From NCBI RefSeq assembly GCF_018977255.1, contig NW_024704742.1:71364001-71428000 (forward strand): a stretch of DNA of 64,000 nt, given 5' to 3'. Positions 35,832 to 48,904 of the stretch are shown piece after piece (the first letter of the stretch is position 1; every line of letters starts with the position of its first letter). This stretch comes from Callorhinchus milii. Its lineage: Eukaryota. A program made the translations under genes and the position numbers. The notes under the pieces were generated by a model. The model did no database searches. It was given only the letters and a program-made list of their open reading frames with translations, and was not told where the DNA came from.

Positions 35832-36488
35832 CTGCGAGCACGAGACACGGAAATGAGGGGGAGAACAACAACAACAAATACATTTACACAGCACCTTTCA
35901 CGTTGGGAGGATGTCCCAAGACATTCGACAGTTAGGGATTTGGCTCTATTTGAACATCAGTTACTGGCGCACTCGCTGGAGACCCCAACTCCTACCCAAA
36001 CCCTCTCCGCTCCAGTGGCTCTTGCTCTACTCCCCACAAGCTCCATCTTTTCCGAACCTCCATGACCTGGCTGCCCCAGACCCTCATCCTCACTCCATCC
36101 CCCACCCAGGCGCTTTACTGTTAGGTACCTTTGTACTCCACATGAGCCCCTATGGCTTTGCCTCCTTCGAGGCCAGTCTCACGGCACTCCTCTCCGACTG
36201 CAGCTTCGTTCACCCTCCAACCCCTACCCTCCCTGCTCTCCACCTCCAGTTGGGGTGCAAATCCGTCTCTCTAGGCAGGCTGTTCTATATGTTTACTACT
36301 CGCTCACTGAAGTAGTGTTTCCGCTGACTTGTTTTGAATTTACCCCCTTTAATTGCAGATTGACGATTGAACAGTTGATTGAGCCAGTTATTAATATTGT
36401 GGTTGAACTGATGATCCCATTTTACATGCAGTGCTGAATACTACGCTCAGACACTCTGCAGTAAGCAGGCCCCTGTCTAGCTGCTCAC

Positions 36489-36661
36489 CTTGTCCCTCCC
36501 ATATCGCCTCAGCAGCTTGTATGGCCACATGTAGAGGGGCTGCTTGGTTTTGGCATCTTTCAGCACCAGAGCTTCCTGGTCAGCCTTCAGCAGGTATCTC
36601 CCATGTAGCCCGCACCTCTCTGCCGCCTCCGTCTTCTGTACTGCCACCCAGAACTCGTTCA
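36489..36661 (-). CDS. DOK1: DOK1 exon 4 (IRS-type PTB domain)
   Basis: ccctcag|TG AAC GAG...GAC AAG|gtgagc. Encodes FWVAVQKTEAAERCGLHG...WPYKLLRRYGRDK. Confidence 0.95.
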
Positions 36662-36794
36662 CTGAGGGCGGCAAGTCAGAAAGTGTTCATTACCTCATTT
36701 CATCTTCACCATTTCTTCCTTCTGCCACCCGCACTCACTCCCTCTCTACCCTTTCTCGCTCTACACTCTCTCCAGCAGTTACCTCAACGAACTC

Positions 36795-36985
36795 TCTTAA
36801 TACTTGCCAACCTGCTCCTAATACTCTCTGGAATTATCCCTCCAGGGAGAGAGCGCACATTCCATTCCAACAGTCTATCTCTGGGATTTCCATGTGTAGG
36901 TGGGATTCATGGAATTCTCAGCTTGGTTTGGATACTGGAAGCATGGTTTCCACATATGGCAGATACCCGACTGACCAAAAAAAGT
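36795..36985 (+). mobile_element. Family P LINE 3' end
   Basis: Ends ...cagatacccgactgaccaaaaaaag (poly(A) remnant). Confidence 0.7.
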
Positions 36986-37384
36986 CAATATCAAAACAAA
37001 CAATCTAGTATCTTCTCTTCGTTTGCCTCAGGACAGAGCGAACCTCACCTTACTCCTTTCCCACCATTCCACTTTTCTCTCCCTCTGGGGCGCTCTCCCT
37101 CGGGGGCGCTGTCTCTCTCTTGGAGGTAGCGGCCAGGTCAATGAGATGTGTTGTTTTCTCATGACTCAGTTGTCAGACACACAGCTCTATTTATAGACGA
37201 CTCACTGCTGTGCTCGAAAGCAGATAATTAAACACTTCCTGTTCATTCAAAAGTGCAAACTTGGGGTGAAATTCCCCTTCCTCCAATGATTTTCTCTGGC
37301 ACTTTGTGTATGTGTCTTAGTATCAGTTCCTGTGTGTGTGTCAGTTCCTGTTCGCTCCCTCCACTCTCGTGCCATCAACTGTTC

Positions 37385-38410
37385 TGCCTTCACCCACCTC
37401 CACCTCCACAACATTGCCCGGCTCCGCCACCACCCTCAGGGTGCCCTCATACACGTCTTCATTACATCGAGGCTATCACCCCCATCCTTGCCAACTCCAC
37501 TGGCTTCCCATCACACAGAGAATATAGAGGATAGAGTTCAAGATCCTGGTCCTCACCTTCAAAGCCCTCCACGGTCTTGCTCCCCCCTACCTCTCCTACC
37601 TCCTAACCCCCTACCAGCCTGTTCGCTCCCTCCACTCAGCGGGCTCCGACCTGCTTCACGTCCCCCGCCTCGCTCGCACCACTGTCGGCGGGTGGGCCTT
37701 CCGCTACCCTCCCCCACCCCGACCCCCAGCTCAGGGTCCGTAACTCTGTCTGTCCAGCACCTTGGGACGTTCTCCCAACATGAAAGGCATTATACAAATG
37801 TAATTTTGTTGTTGTTATTATTGTTTATTACATCCAGGCTTGACTAAACTAACTCCCTGCTTGTTGGCCTTCCCAACTCCCTCCACAAGCTGCAGATCAT
37901 CTAGAACTCTGCAGCTCGTGTGCTCTCCCGCACCAGGTTAAGTGACACTATCACCCCCACATTCGCCCGGGTTCAACTACTCCCCATCCCCCAGAGGATA
38001 GAGTTCAAAATCCTCGTCCTCAAAGCCTTCCAGTCTTGCTCCTCCCTATCTCTGTGACCCGCTAACCCTATACCAACCTGTCGACTCCCTCTGCCCTTCA
38101 GATATTGGTCTGCTTCATGTTCTCCGCATTACCGCTCCAACATCAGCGGTCAGGCCGACATCCTTTCTGCCCCCACCTTCTGGAATTCCATCCTGGAGCC
38201 CCTCTACCTCACCCCCTCCCTTATTTCCTTCAAGGCCCATCTAAAGACCTTTCTATTCGACAGTGCCTTCAGATATCCTCCCATTCCCACTCCCCCTTGC
38301 CCTTCGCCCCTCCCAATTCCAACACCCAGCTTAGATGTAAACCCTTCACTGTCCATCACATTGGGACATCCTGCTGACGTGAAAGTCGATGTGAAAATTT
38401 AATCTGTTGT
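37385..38410 (+). mobile_element. Two adjacent or nested L2 3' fragments
   Basis: HLHNIARLRHH, QLHWLPITQR; two tails at about 37800 and 38400. Confidence 0.75.
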
Positions 38411-39074
38411 ATTTGGTACACGTAGTTTCGCCCACAAAATAGACAGTCACTCCACTTTACATTATATTCTGTGAAGCGCTTTGAGACTCTCATCAACGTG
38501 ATAAGGCGCTATATCAAATATAAGGATCATTAGTATTATTTGACTGATTTTGCTTGTTAGAGAACAGCTGCTCTGAACAAATAGTCACGAGTCTCCGTTG
38601 GCCCACACACTGAGCTGTTACTGTCACTGCAGTCCATTGTGTAAGTGACCTTTCACTAGGGGAGGGGAGGGAGTGGGCGGAGGAGAACTTCCCTTTTTGT
38701 AGGCAGAAGTCGGAGAGACTAAAACCAATCCTATTCTCGGATTGATTAGTCTGTGGGCAACAGCACCAGAAAGTGAAACACACACATCCATCACTTCTGT
38801 GCTCCCTGCTTTCCTACGTCTTCCCATCTCTCTCCCTCTCTTTCCAATCCCCACATCCCAGCTTTCTCTTTCTCACCCTCCACACTTCATCTCCCTCTCT
38901 AACCCCCACATCCCATCTCTCTGTGTTTCCACACCCCTATATCCGCATCTCTCTCTCTGTCTCTCTCCCACACATCCCATCTCTCTCTCTCTCTCTCTCT
39001 CTCTCCCCACCTTATATCTCTCTCTCTTTCTCCTACAACCCATCTCTCTATCTCTTTCTCTCTCTTCTGAGAAG

Positions 39075-39470
39075 TAACTGGGAGCAAGAAATCCTCCCAC
39101 TTAACTCCTGTTAACCCTGCAAGCCAAGGTCCTAACAGGCAGGGTGGTCCTGTCCTGGCTGGACAAGCAGAGGGAAAGCTTGCCAGACAGTGATATCAAT
39201 AGCAAGCTATGTTAGACTCCATCAGTTACCCCAACACACACTCTGGGGTCCCCAAGCCTTGGCTCTTGCCAACCTGTGCCTAATACTTCCCAGAATTAGG
39301 TAAACAGGATGTGTCCCTCCAGGGAGAGAGCGCACATTCCATTCCAACAATCTATCGCTGGGATTTCCATGTGTAGGTGGGATACATGGAAATCTCAGTT
39401 TGGTTTGGAGACTCTCAAGCATGGGGATGGGTTTCCACATGTGTCAGATACACAGCTGACCAAAAACAAA
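39075..39470 (+). mobile_element. Family P LINE 3' end
   Basis: About 400 bp of the shared 3' UTR ending cagctgaccaaaaacaaa. Confidence 0.75.
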
Positions 39471-39626
39471 TCTCTCTCTCCCAACTCCACTTCCCATCTC
39501 TCTCACATGTCCTGAAGCTGCTCCCTTTACACAACTCGGTATGAAGCTGGTGTTTCAGCTGAGAAAAGGTGACCCTATGGAGAGGGTGGGGGTAGGGGTG
39601 AGGAGTTAGCTGCAGTGATCACTCAC

Positions 39627-39714
39627 CTTCTTCTCTGGAGTAGTAGAGGCTGTTTTCCGCCATCTCCAACGACACAGGTTTTGAGTTTGCCCCACAGAAG
39701 GAGTCACTTGGCGA
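39627..39714 (-). CDS. DOK1: DOK1 exon 3 (PH-PTB linker)
   Basis: ctccacag|TCG CCA...GAA G|gtgagt; 88 nt. Encodes ...LEMAENSLYYSREE (DOK1 LEMxENSLY motif). Confidence 0.92.
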
Positions 39715-40633
39715 CTGTGGAGACACAGAACAGCAATACTCAGCAAGGACACCCCCACCAGCCACAACGCCCTCCTGTCTCTCTACCAAAAAAAACTCGC
39801 CCCACACCCTCCCAATAACTGTCCACGAAATACAGCCGCGAATACGCGCACAGTGATGTGCCACAACCAGCCGTGAATTGAGTGACTGATTATATCTGGG
39901 AGATTGTTGGCCAGGACACTGGGAGAGAGAAACTCTCTTCTTTTTGAATAATACCGCGGGTTCTTTAACGTCAACCTGAATAAGGCACAGACAGGGAGTG
40001 AGGTTCAACTTCTCATCCAAAGGACGTCTCCTCCAAGATGTAATAAGGCGCTACATCAAATGCAAGGTTCATTATTATTATTATATGGGTTCTTCCTCCC
40101 ATCCCTTAATCACCAATTTAAAGAAAACAGAAATGAACAGCACATAGAGAGACCATTTCGTCCATCATGCTTTGCAGCTGTCTGAAAGAGCTCTGTGTAT
40201 AGCCCCATTCTCCTGACTCCCTCCCTCTCCCTTCAGATATTTAATTTAATTCTTCTTTGAAAGCTCCTGTGGATTTGAACTCAATCACAGTTCAACAATT
40301 CGCTATGTCAATAAAAACTCAAATCTTTCTCTCAGCAATTCTGATCTTTGCTCTTTAGGTGGTAAAATCGATTCCCTCTACATACTAACAACTGGCTGAG
40401 TACACAGTGGAATTCACTTCGCCCTGTTTATGATCCCAATCAAGAATCTTACAGCAACTTTAAAGTCACCTAAAGAAAAGGCAGATGAGACCATGGCTTA
40501 AAGTCTCAAAGTAGAGAGCTCCAGTGGGGGAGCGAGCAACCGCACGGACACGATAGGGGAGAGAGCAGGGAATGGGATTAGAGTAGAGAGCTCCAGTGGG
40601 GAGCGAGCACCAGCACAGAACATGGCGACCTAC

Positions 40634-40933
40634 TGGAAACGCGGTCTCACACAGCTTCTCCACCCACTCAGAGCTGGTCAGTTTCTCGGCAGCAAAGGTG
40701 TAGAGCTTCTCTCCAGTCTCAATGCTGAAGGCAGTCATTTCCTTTGGGCAGGTCTCACCGGGAAGGGGAGTGATACTGATGCAGTCCGCCAGCCGGATAA
40801 TCTTCTTGTCCAGCTTCTTGGTAGCTTGTTTCTCCGACACGTTGGAGCCATCTTTGCAATCGTAGAATTCCAGCCGGGAGATGCCATGCTGGCTGGCGGG
40901 ATACAGGACAAACCAGTTCTTTCTCCAGATTTT
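40634..40933 (-). CDS. DOK1: DOK1 exon 2 (PH domain)
   Basis: ctttgcag|AAA ATC TGG...TTT CCA|gtaggt; 300 nt. Encodes KIWRKNWFVLYPASQHGISRLEFYD...KIIRLADC...WVEKLCETAFP; LYPAS.HG..RLEF favours DOK1 over DOK2/3. Confidence 0.95.
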
Positions 40934-42519
40934 CTGCAAAGGAATCGGAGGGGTTTTGGTCAACCAGAAACTGGGAGATTGTCACTCCCCAACCCATTAT
41001 CTGCTGTCTCCGCTCAACTGGCTCTGGCCTAGTGCTTGTCCCTCGTGCTCTCTATTCCACCATTGGTGGCCGTGCTTTAATATAATAATATCAGCCAGTA
41101 CACCCTGAAATTCTGGAACTCTCTTCCTCTATCTCTCTTCCTTGCCCCCTCCTTCCCGATCTTCAGGTTGCGCCTGCAGCCATTCCTCTTTGACCATGTC
41201 TATGGTCACCTCCGGCTGGGCATCATGCTTCATCACTGTCAAGCGCTCAGGGAAGCTACCCAGCGTGAAAGGAGCTATACAATTGAAAGTTATTTATTTT
41301 GGACACTCGAGAGAACCCCCTCCCCATGCTTAAGAGGTTTCAAACCAGTCAGTATACATCCTACATATGAAATTTCCTTGTTCCTGGACTAAAATGTGGT
41401 GCACACTTTCTCTGTCAAGGGACAACAACAATTTGCATTTATATAGCATCTTTCTGAAGAGAATTAGGCACAGGTTGGCAAGAACCAAGGCTTGGGGACC
41501 CCACAGTGTGCTGGCAAACCACATAGCTTGCCATTAATATTGCTGTCTGGCAAGCTTTCCCACTGCTTATCAATAGGACCACCCTATCTGATAGGGCTTT
41601 GGTTTTCAAAGTTAACAGGAGCTGAGTGGGCATGACTCCATGCCCCCAGTGACTGGTATGCCCTTCCAGATCCTCTGCTCTGGAGTTCTGCAGACCTGCC
41701 TGGGTCAGGAACTGAACTGGAGACCACCACAGAAGAGTATGTGTGTGTGTGTGTGTGTGGGGGGGGGGGGGTTGGTATATAAGAGATACGCAAGACACTG
41801 ATTAGGATTCAGAAAACAGGATGAAAAACATTCTAATTCTTGTTAAAGGGACAAGATATAAGGAAACAGAATAAATACATGAGTAGCAGCAGCAACAATA
41901 AGTCCTGCAGAGTATTGGTTAGTGCACTCGCCTCGCAAGCGAGAGGACCTGGGTTCAATTCCAGGTCAAGGCGAAACATTCAGCCCATCAAGTCCGTTCC
42001 AGCAAGACCCATTCCTTGGTCTCCTCCAGTCCCACCTTGCTCTCTACCTTGAGAATTTTACTCTCCAATTCTCTCTCATATTTCTCTCAACCATTTGTCT
42101 CCCAGGCTTTCTGTAGCTGTGTCTTTCAGAATCACCTCCTCCCTACCCTCAACCTCCCCACCATCAACATCATCAAATTGCATTTATTCAAGCTGTTTTC
42201 AGGTCAAAAGGACATCCCAAGTTGCTGTTAATCACATCAGGGAAACTGTCTTCCCCCGTTAAACCAAGCACAAGAGTCTCAGATACGCCAGGGCAGCAGG
42301 ACAAGAGGGTATAAAATCAGGCGTGTGAGGGGCAATTTCAGGACAGTCATCAGAAAGCATTTCTTTACCCAGAGGGGAAATTATCAGCAGGAAGGGAGGT
42401 TGAGGTGAGATGCTGGGATATTTACTGATTCCCTTCATTTAAGAAACAACCCGAAGCAGTAATGGGAAGACAAAAGACAGAGACAATAATAATAATATTT
42501 GCAATTTGCATAGCAATTT

Positions 42520-42860
42520 ATCAAATGATAAGAGTAGATGGAGAGAAACTGTTTCCACTGGCAGGTGGGTCAGTAACCAGGGGACATGGATTCAACATAA
42601 TCGTCAAAAGAAGGGGAGATGAATGTTGAGAAATGTTTTTACACAGAGAGTTGTTACGGTCTGGAATGCACTGCCTGACAGTGGTGGAAACCAATCCGAT
42701 AACAGCTTTCAAAAGGGAATTAAGTAGGTACTTGAAGAGGACAAATTTGCAAGGATATGAGGAAAGAGCGGGGGAGTGGGACTGATTGTGTGGCTCTTCT
42801 AAAGAGCCAGCACAAGCAGAATGGGCCGAATGGCCTCCTTCTGTGCTGTAGGATTCTATT
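42520..42860 (+). mobile_element. CR1 3' end
   Basis: gagaaactgtttccactggcagg...ggtctggaatgcactgcctgac...gggccgaatggcctccttctgtgctgta. Confidence 0.8.
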
Positions 42861-44949
42861 AAAACACCCCAAAGAACTTCACAGTAATAATAATAATGTG
42901 GTCATGACTGTTCGTGGGACACTGCTGTGAGCATTTGGCTGCCACATTTCACCGACAAAATAGTCACTACACTTTAACAGTATATTCTGTGAAGCGCTTT
43001 GAGACGTCTCAACGATGTGACAAGGTGCTATATCAAATGCAAGGATTATTATTATTTATTATGACTCTCAAGTGCAGTGATTGTACTTGCAGGCAAACTC
43101 AACAATTTATGCACAGCGATGTCCTTCAAACAGTCAGGTGACAGGAGAAACTTCTTGCCATCTCTTTTTGAATAGTGTGATAGAGTTTTTAATGTCCACC
43201 TCAACAGGGCACAGACAGGACCTCGGTGTCCAAACAACAGCAACTCTTGACAATGCTGACTCAGGAACTGGACTAAAGACCGTTACAATAGGCTGCAGTA
43301 ATGACCCTTCCTGCAGAGGTAACCAGAAGCCAAAAAAGAAAGGAACTTGCACGTTTACAGTGGCTAATCACCCTGAAAGGCTCCATAGATAAACAAAGTC
43401 GAAGTTAAAGTTGAGCAGCTGATCTTCACTGCCTGATTTGCAGAACCATATCCTCGCTGCACTTCTCCTTTCTTCAGCGTGAACCAGGCTGACGTTTTCG
43501 GAGCTGCACTCACAGGCCCAGTCACTCGCGCCTCTGAGTCAAAAGCCTGTGGGTTCGAGCCGCACATCAGGTCTTGGAACGTCAGCCTAGACTGTGAGCT
43601 CAAGTACAGTGCTTGGGGAACCTGCGTTGTCAGAGGTGCCGTCCTTTGGACGAGACGTTAAACCAAGGTCCCAGAGTCTACAATGTGGATGAATGATCTC
43701 TCCCTCCCTCGATCGATCAATCGATTGAGTGAGGATCGATTGATCTTCCATTTGACATACTGTAGCAACTTATCCGCCTTTGAGATCGTTGGACAAGGAA
43801 ATAATATACACTAAGCTCTAAGTCAGAAGGTTTCAGGTCCAAGTCCCAAGGCTGACATTCCAGTGCAGTGCTGGGGGGCACTGGATTATCTGAAGCAGTG
43901 GCCTTCAGATAAGATGATAAACCAAGGTCCCGTCTGCCTTTTCAGGTGAAGGTTAAGGATCACATCGCACTAGTCAAAAGTTTCTCTCTCCCAGTGTCGT
44001 GGGCAACAGTTTCACCGATAAAATCAGTCATTCACTTCATTGCTGTCTTTGTGCAAATCGGTCACCTCTCTCACATACAAAACACACAGTCCCTGCACTT
44101 GACAGTAAATCCTGTAAAGTGCTTTGAGACGTCCTCCCAGTGTGAAAGGTGCTCTGTCAGGTATGAGGATCATTGTTAACCTGAACCAAAACAGTTCTTT
44201 GTTTCAGAGGTTGGTGACTCAGGGAAGTGCGAGGCTCAGATTCAGTCACCAACCTGGAAAGCTTGTTGATTGCTGAGGAGGCAGCGCCGAGGAGACAGAT
44301 CCTCGATGGGTGACTGGGCGGGGGGATGGTGGGGGGGTCAGTGACCTCTTCTTTATACAGCCTCACACTGCACCGAGCTGCTGACAGAGTCACAGGACAG
44401 TGTGGGTGGGAGAACTTCTCATATCCTGAGCTTGAAATCTGAGAATGTTCTGGAACTGAAACAGATTGTGCCCTGCCCAGGCCACGCCGGTGTTTGTTTC
44501 CATGTAAACCACTTGGTTCTAACCCCAATCCTGTCATAATAATCCTTACATTTGATATTGCGCCTGATCACGTTGTTAGGATAAACTGTAAAGTTGATTG
44601 ACTGTGTACTTTGCGATGTCTCGAAGACAATGAAAAGCACTATATCAAATGAAAGGGTTACTATTTTGTGGATGAAACAGGCAGTCAGTTGCGCACAACT
44701 GGCAGATTGACAACAAGATCCTTCACATCCCTTCTCCTGCCCCACTCTGTGGCCGGTTCCCTCCATTCTCCTTGTTCCTCAATCCCGCCACTCACCATCA
44801 GTGACCCATCCTTCAGCCACTGAACCCTGCCCTCTGAAACTCACTCCCCAAATCACTAATTCCGGAGAGTATTAGGCACAGGTTGGCAAGAGTCAAGGCT
44901 TGGGGACTCCAGAGTGTGCGTTGGGGTAACTGCTGGAGTCTCAACTGCG

Positions 44950-45952
44950 AAAATGTCTGTCAGACATCAAGTCCTGGATGAGAGGTAACTTTCTTCAGTT
45001 GAACGTCAACAAGACCGAGGCTCTCCTGTTTGGCTCCCGTCAGCGCCTCCACACCTCAGACACTGACAGCATCACCCTCTATGGTTGCACACTCCATCTT
45101 ACTGAGCCAGTCAGGAACCTTGGGGTCTTGTTTGACCCTCAACTATCCTTTCTATCTCACATCCGTGTCAACACCCACTTTGCCATCCCCCAGTTCCGTA
45201 ACATCGCCCGGCTCCGCCACTGTCTCACACTGCAGGCTACCGAAACCCTCAAATACACACTGACTGTCCAGCAGGCAAGGCAGGGGGCAAGGCAGAGGGA
45301 CTGCGGGATGGAGTCCCAGAGGTGGGGCCAGAGAGGCTAAATGCTCGCCCGCCAATGGTGGGGTATCCACGTGTGTCTATGCAAACTCCCTGCTTGTCGG
45401 CCTCCCCAATTCCTCCCTCCTTAGGGTGCAGATCATCCAGAACTCTGCAGCCCATGTCCTCTCCCACACCAGGCTCCGTGACCCTATCACCCCCATCCTT
45501 GCCCAACTCCACTGGCTTCCCATCACACGGAAGATAAAGATAAAGATGCTGGTGCTCACGTTCAAAGCCCTCCATGGTCTTGCTCCCCCCTATCTGTGCA
45601 ACCTCCTAATCCCCTACCAATCTGCCCGCTCCCTCCACTCAGCGGGCTCTGGCCTGCTTCACAACCCCCGCCTCACCTGCTCCACTATTGGCGGGCGGGC
45701 GTTCAGCCACTTTGCCCCCACCCTCTGGAATTCCGTCCCGCAGTCCTTCCGCCTCGCCCCCTCCCTTACCTCCTTCAAGAACCATCTCAATAGCCTCCTC
45801 TTTGACCGTGACTTTGATCACCTTCCTTCCCCCCGGCTCTCCACGCTCCCCAATCCTGACCTCCAGTCGGGTTCGAAACACAGACTGTCCAGCGCCTTTG
45901 GGTACGAATTCCCAACGTAAAAGGCACTATACAAATGTCATTTTGTTGTTGT
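44950..45952 (+). mobile_element. L2 3' region (decayed, with a short inverted piece at about 45270-45360)
   Basis: MRGNFLQLNVNKTEALL...VRNLGVLFD and QIIQNSAAHVLSHTRLRDPITPILAQLHWLP; ttgttgttg tail. Confidence 0.85.
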
Positions 45953-47199
45953 AAAACCGCATAGCTTGCCATTGAGGGATGCTTGTCCAGCTAGAACTAC
46001 CCAACCCGTTAGGGCTTTGTTTACATGGTTAACAGGAGCTGAGTGAGAGGATTCCCTGGTCAGGGCTTCCAAGCCCTGCCGATGAGCCTGGCTAACTGGA
46101 CTGTCATCAGCAGTGCCCTGGAGCTGGGGTTCATACAATGGGTATGTGAGGAATGCCGAAGACCAGATAGTACACGTACTGTATGGACAGGAAAGAAGTT
46201 GCCAAGGGGGAAGCTGATAAATACCTGGGGTGTTGATAGGCTTGTTGCTCAATATATCAGAGCAGGCACAGACGGGACCTCAGTTGATCGTCTCATCTGA
46301 ATGAGGCACCTTTGACAATGCAGCGCTCCCCTGTTATAGGGATGTTAGCCTAGACTGTGAGCTCATAGACCAAGGTTACAGGCAGCGTCACAGGCTTCAG
46401 CCAAGTGTAATAATAATAATAATTTCCATTTGATATCACGTTGTCAAGATGTCTCAAAGTGCTTCACAGGATATACTGTACAGTGGATTTTTTGTGGGCA
46501 AAACCATAAAATTGCACACCGCAGTGTCTCACAAACAGTCGTGGAGGAGTGACAATTTTATCTGGAGGATTGTTGGCCCGGACAGCAGGAGAGGGTAACT
46601 CCATTCTCTTTTCGATTTTTAACATCCAACTGAACAGGCAAATGTCAACTTCAGTTTAACTTCTCATCCGAAGGATGGCGCCTCCGACAATGCAACACCC
46701 CCCAGCACAGCATTGGAGTGTCAGCTTACATGATGTGATTCCAAGTCCTGAAATGGGGCTTGTACCCACAACCTTCTGACTCAGAGGAGAGAGTGTTACC
46801 ACTGAGTCAGACTGTCGCACTATGTTCACCAGTCATCTTCCGCTCGGACAGTCAGACACTCTGCCATCCCGAGTGAAATGGGAGTAAGCCTGGCCGGAGT
46901 CTCGTCGCTCACTCCCATTCCCATCAGGAGTTAATGATGGGAAGCAAGAAAATCGTGGCTTCCATGTCCTAACAGGTCTGGACACACCTAGTGTGGAGTG
47001 CGGAGAATGTCAAGCCCTCGGGGTGTTAGTATCAATCTCACACATAACACAGTCTCTTCAGATGTTTATCAGATACCAGGAGCATTTCTCAGTATGGAGT
47101 GTGGACAGACAGTGTAGATGGAGCTACAGTCTGTTTCCAATCCATGCTGTCACTAAACTGAGAGTGTGGGCAGACAGTGTAGACCCTGTTGATTGGAAG

Positions 47200-48022
47200 C
47201 CAGGCTCCACTGGCTCCTCATCACCAAACGGATTGACTTCAAGAGCCTCACAATTGTGGACAAATCCCTTCACGTCCTGGCACCTCCCTGCCTCAACAAC
47301 AACAACTTGCATTTATATAGCGTCCTCCACGCAGGGTAGCATCTCAGAGTGTTTAATAGTGGTGGAGCCTGATTCCAAGCCGGGTGGGTGGGAGGTGACC
47401 ATAAGCACGGTCGAAAAAGAAGGTTTTCAGGAGGGACTTCAAAAAGGGGAGAGGGGGGGGCAAGGCGGAGGGATTGAGGGAGAGGGTTCCAAAGTTTCAG
47501 GATGTAGTGGCTGAAAGCACGACCTCCAATGGTGGAGCAGAGGGTGCGAGGGGCAAGCAGGAGGCCGGTGCCAGTCGAGCGGAGGCGCCGGGTGGTGGAT
47601 TGGGGAGTGAGGAGGTCAGAGAGGTAGGGAGGTGCCAGGGAGTGAATGGATTTGAACATGAGTGTGAGGATCTTGAAGTTGATCCATTTGGTGATGGGGA
47701 GCCAGTGGAGCCTGGCCAGAACTGGTGAGATGGGGGTACGGATTCCAAGAAACTCACACTCATGTTCAAATAACTTCACTCCCTGGCACCTCCCTACCTC
47801 CTCACTCCCCAATCCACCACCCAGCACCTCCACTCGATTCCTCAGCCTTGCCCCCGTTCTCCCTTTTTTCAAGTACGCCTGAAAACCTTCCTTTTTGACC
47901 GTGCTTATGATCACCTCCCCCCTACCCCACCCCGGCTCAGAGTCAGGCTCCACCACTGTTAAGCGCTCTGAGACGCTACCCTGCGTGGAGGGCGCTATAT
48001 AAGTGTAAATTATTGTTGTTGT
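47200..48022. mobile_element. Inverted pair of L2 (second subfamily) 3' fragments
   Basis: Minus copy at about 47293-47740 and plus copy at about 47750-48022 share reverse-complementary blocks. Confidence 0.8.
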
Positions 48023-48904
48023 CATTGAGACATGCTGCAAACTATCACATCACAAGATCACAAGAACACAAACAGGAGAATGGTTCTGACAAAGAAGGCC
48101 CTTCAAACCACCTGATCTCCTCCCTCCAGAACACCCACACTACAGTCCCCCCATCACAGTATCAAACTCCTTTTTATATAAGTTCAAACCCCCTTCCTGG
48201 TAACCCTGTTCCTGTCATTAATTACCTTTTGGGTAAACAAACACTTCCTGGTGTCTGTCCTGAAATTGCCCCCTTTATATCTCTAAACCGGTGTCCTCTG
48301 AAAGTGTTGATGTTGATTTACTTTTTCATTCTCATTTCAAATATTAAACACCTCTATTAGGTCCTTTCTGAGTTGTTTTCTCTCAACAATAAAGAGCTCT
48401 GCCTTGTCTAATCGTTGCTCACAGCTCATTCCACTAACACTGGGGATCAGCCTCAGGGCTTTCCTCTGCACTGGCTTTACAACAACAACTTGCATTTACA
48501 CAGCGCCCTCCACACCGGGCAGCAATCCTGGGACCTAAGCAGCCCCTTATGTCACAGTGACCAGAACTGTCTGCAGTGCTCAAGGTGTGGCCTGACTCAA
48601 GTACAGTGTGACCTCTGGGGATCTGAGCTCACAAGATTGACGATCGAGCCCAGCACTTTGTTGCAACAGTTTGTTGCTGCCAAATGTAAATTGCTCTTGT
48701 AGAATGTATTGTAAAGCAGAGTTTATTTTGTGGGCGAAACACGGCTTGATATGAACCAAAGCTATAACTGGTTGACTGTCTGAAAGCTGAAACATAAGCT
48801 CTCATAAGATCAAGCTAATACTACTTACTCATTATTATGAAAATAAGACCTTGCGAAACATTGATCAAAAATACCGAATATGTCATCAAGTACCAGAAGT
48901 AAGA

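Noticed and set aside
46870..46945. Short inverted repeats (atgggagt/actcccat, ttcccatca/tgatgggaa)
   Set aside because: Arms of 8-9 bp with no TSD or second copy; too weak to call.
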